Assembly (NCBI GenBank): GCA_964410765.1
Contig: CAYPII010000004.1
Location: forward strand, 1 to 49,234
DNA: 49,234 nucleotides
Direction: 5' to 3'
DNA from: an uncultured Myxococcales bacterium
GTDB lineage: Bacteria; UBA10199; 2-02-FULL-44-16; JAAZCA01
The notes below the pieces were generated by a model that had not been told where the DNA came from, searched no databases, and saw nothing but the letters and a program-made list of their open reading frames with translations. Numbering within the stretch: position 1 is the stretch's first letter; the number at the start of each line of letters is the position of its first letter. Position numbers and translations under genes: made by a program. This document shows, one piece after another, positions 46,951 through 49,234 of the stretch.

Positions 46951-48188
46951 CCGCCACGCCGATCACGAACCGCGAGTTTCTACAGGCGATCCCGAAGACC
47001 GATCTGCACGTCCACCTCGACGGCAGCTTGCGCCTGGGCACGCTCATCGAACTCGCGCGCGACCAGAAGATCGCCCTCCCCTCGACGACCGAGGAGGGTT
47101 TGCTGGAGACGGTCTTCAAAGAACGCTACGAGGACCTCGTCGACTACCTGCGCGGCTTCTCCTACACCTGCGCGGTCATGCAGACGCCGGAGGCGATCGA
47201 GCGCGTCGCCTACGAGTTCGCGCTCGACTGCTTCGCCGAGGGGATCCGCTATGTCGAGCCGCGCTTCGCGCCGCAGCTGCACATCAACCCGGCGCTCTCG
47301 ATGGAGGAGGTGCTCGCCTGCGTGCACCGGGGGCTCGATCGCGGCAAGCGCGAGATCAACGCGCGCCCGGAGATCGCGAAGGGCGAAGACCCTCCCTTCG
47401 ACTACGGCATCATCGGCTGCGCGCTGCGCATGTTCACCGGCCAGTTCTCGGGCTACTACCGACGGCTGACCGAACTGCACCCGCACATGCCCAAGGACGA
47501 TCTGCAGGGGCTCGCCTCGCTCGATCTCGTGCGCGAGCTCATCTATGCACGCGACGAACGGGGGATCCCGATCGTCGCCTTCGACCTGGCCGGCGCCGAG
47601 AAGGGCTATCCGGCGGAGGATCACAAGCGCGCCTACGAACTCGCGCACAAGAACTTTTTGAAGAAGACGGTGCACGCCGGCGAGGCCTTTGGCCCCGAGT
47701 CGATCTTCCAGGCGATCACCGACTGCCACGCCGACCGCATCGGACACGGCACGCACCTCTTCGACACCGACGCCGTCTCGGAGGGGACGCCGCAGGAACG
47801 CGAGGCCTATGTGCGCGCGCTGTGGGAGTACATCGCCGACCGGCGGATCACGATCGAGGTCTGCCTGACCTCGAACCTGCAGACGATGCCGAATCTCACG
47901 AATATCGCCGATCACCCCTTCGTGCAGATGCTCGACAAGCGGCTCTCAATCACCTTCTGCACCGACAACCGCCTAGTCTCCCGCACGACCGTCACCGATG
48001 AGATCGCCCTCGCGCTCAGCGCCATCGATGTCGACCCGCGCAAGCTCAAGGACCTGATCATCTACGGCTTCAAGCGCAGCTTTTATCCGGGAAACTACAT
48101 CGAGAAGCGCCACTACGTCCGCGATATCATCGATTATTACGAACGGATGGAACGGAAGTTCGGCGTGGAATCGAAGAAGAAGCAGTAG
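46947..48188 (+). CDS. add: Adenosine deaminase family protein
   Basis: PKTDLHVHLDGSLR, DLAGAE, TVHAGE, RIGHG, EVCLTSN, TDN. Confidence 0.92.
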   Translation: MTATPITNREFLQAIPKTDLHVHLDGSLRLGTLIELARDQKIALPSTTEEGLLETVFKERYEDLVDYLRGFSYTCAVMQTPEAIERVAYEFALDCFAEGIRYVEPRFAPQLHINPALSMEEVLACVHRGLDRGKREINARPEIAKGEDPPFDYGIIGCALRMFTGQFSGYYRRLTELHPHMPKDDLQGLASLDLVRELIYARDERGIPIVAFDLAGAEKGYPAEDHKRAYELAHKNFLKKTVHAGEAFGPESIFQAITDCHADRIGHGTHLFDTDAVSEGTPQEREAYVRALWEYIADRRITIEVCLTSNLQTMPNLTNIADHPFVQMLDKRLSITFCTDNRLVSRTTVTDEIALALSAIDVDPRKLKDLIIYGFKRSFYPGNYIEKRHYVRDIIDYYERMERKFGVESKKKQ

Positions 48189-48340
48189 GCCCTATTGCTT
48201 CTTTGCCCGCTTGATCTCCTCGCGAACTTCATCTTGACCTGTGAACGAACTCAAATGTATGCTTCTCAGATGGGCGGAAAACAAATGAAACACTTTGATA
48301 TCATTTGCCTTTTAACGGCGCCCCTCCCCCACACACTATT

Positions 48341-49165
48341 ATGAAAAACACTCATCCCGATATTTCGAGGTTTATCGATCGCGTCCATTGCATCGATTGC
48401 GTGAAGGGAATGCGCAAGCTTCCCGATGCCTCCGTAGATATGGTTGTCACTTCCCCCCCATATGATCAGGTGAGAAAATATAATGGTTTTTCCTATGATC
48501 TCCATTCTACGGGTGCAGAGATATTCAGAGTATTGAAGGACGGCGGCATTGCTGCAATGGTGATACAGGATCAGACGAAAAATTTCGGCAAAAGCTTAAC
48601 GTCATTTAGAACGATTGTTGATTGGTGCGATAATATTGGATTTAAGCTTTTCGAATGCGTTGTATACAAAAAACACGGCACTGAAGGTGCCTGGTGGAAA
48701 CAGCGCTTTCGAGTGGATCATGAGTATATACCACTTTTTTTAAAGGGAGAGCGTCCACGATATTTTGATAAAGAACCGCTCAAAATTGAGTCAAAACATG
48801 GAGGGCGTGTATTAAGTGGTTCTGGCAATCGGCGTACCGATGGGAAAACAACAAAAACCGTACGAAGGCCGATTAATAAAAAGAAGTGCAGAGGAACTGT
48901 TTGGAATTATCTCATGGCTGGCGACAAGAATCCGCTGAAAAGAAAACACCCCGCCGTATTCCCTGACGCCATACCGCGGGATTTGATCCAGTGTTTCTGC
49001 CCAAAAGAAGGAGTTGTCTTAGATCCATACCTCGGAAGCGGTTCAACAGCTGTTGTTTCTCGACAGCTCGAACGTCGATTCATTGGATTCGAGATATGCC
49101 CTGAATACTGTACGTTGGCAAACCAGCGAATAAAGAAAGATGCATCTGAAATATCTTTGTTCTGA
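48341..49165 (+). CDS. Beta-class N4-cytosine/N6-adenine DNA methyltransferase
   Basis: TSPPY (motif IV) precedes HPAVFP and VLDPYLGSGST (motif I); AT-rich relative to the window. Confidence 0.92.
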   Translation: MKNTHPDISRFIDRVHCIDCVKGMRKLPDASVDMVVTSPPYDQVRKYNGFSYDLHSTGAEIFRVLKDGGIAAMVIQDQTKNFGKSLTSFRTIVDWCDNIGFKLFECVVYKKHGTEGAWWKQRFRVDHEYIPLFLKGERPRYFDKEPLKIESKHGGRVLSGSGNRRTDGKTTKTVRRPINKKKCRGTVWNYLMAGDKNPLKRKHPAVFPDAIPRDLIQCFCPKEGVVLDPYLGSGSTAVVSRQLERRFIGFEICPEYCTLANQRIKKDASEISLF

Positions 49166-49234
49166 ATCTCAATTTTCCATCGTATACTCGCAATTATCCC
49201 TGCTGGTGATCGCCCACGAAAACGGCCTTTTCTT

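Noticed and set aside
13598-48188. Inosine-themed cluster (tadA, nfi, hpt, add)
   Set aside because: The genes are dispersed over 35 kb in separate transcription units; only nfi and hpt are adjacent, so probably coincidental.

Overview
GC-rich bacterial chromosome segment, probably from a deltaproteobacterial-type lineage (inferred from TIGR02147 and CglF/GltF-like genes). The housekeeping backbone is recR-ybaB-dnaX, arfB, two tRNA-Ser genes, tadA, nfi-hpt-serA-serC, a four-gene 2-oxoacid oxidoreductase operon and add, interleaved with many orphan genes. Main observations: (1) three large orphan proteins (one histidine kinase, two methyltransferase-like paralogs) inserted antisense into the tadA-tRNA-dnaX backbone share a C-terminal tail ([SA][RH]FAGF[AT][DE]...hydrophobic patch...RP[TI]), a candidate undescribed export/targeting signal; (2) a sigma28/FliA-like motif (G[AC]AACT-N13/15-GCCGATAA) precedes orphans lacking signal peptides, while sigma54 motifs precede secreted-protein and lipoprotein loci; (3) a 2709-bp tandem duplication at a 26-bp lipobox microhomology has produced a chimeric lipoprotein gene, and each lipoprotein gene is followed by a terminator plus a 54-bp palindrome; (4) two four-helix-bundle genes sit head-to-head in a long inverted repeat at the window start. 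The window ends in an AT-rich DNA methyltransferase gene. All assignments come from motif recognition by eye; no searches were run.
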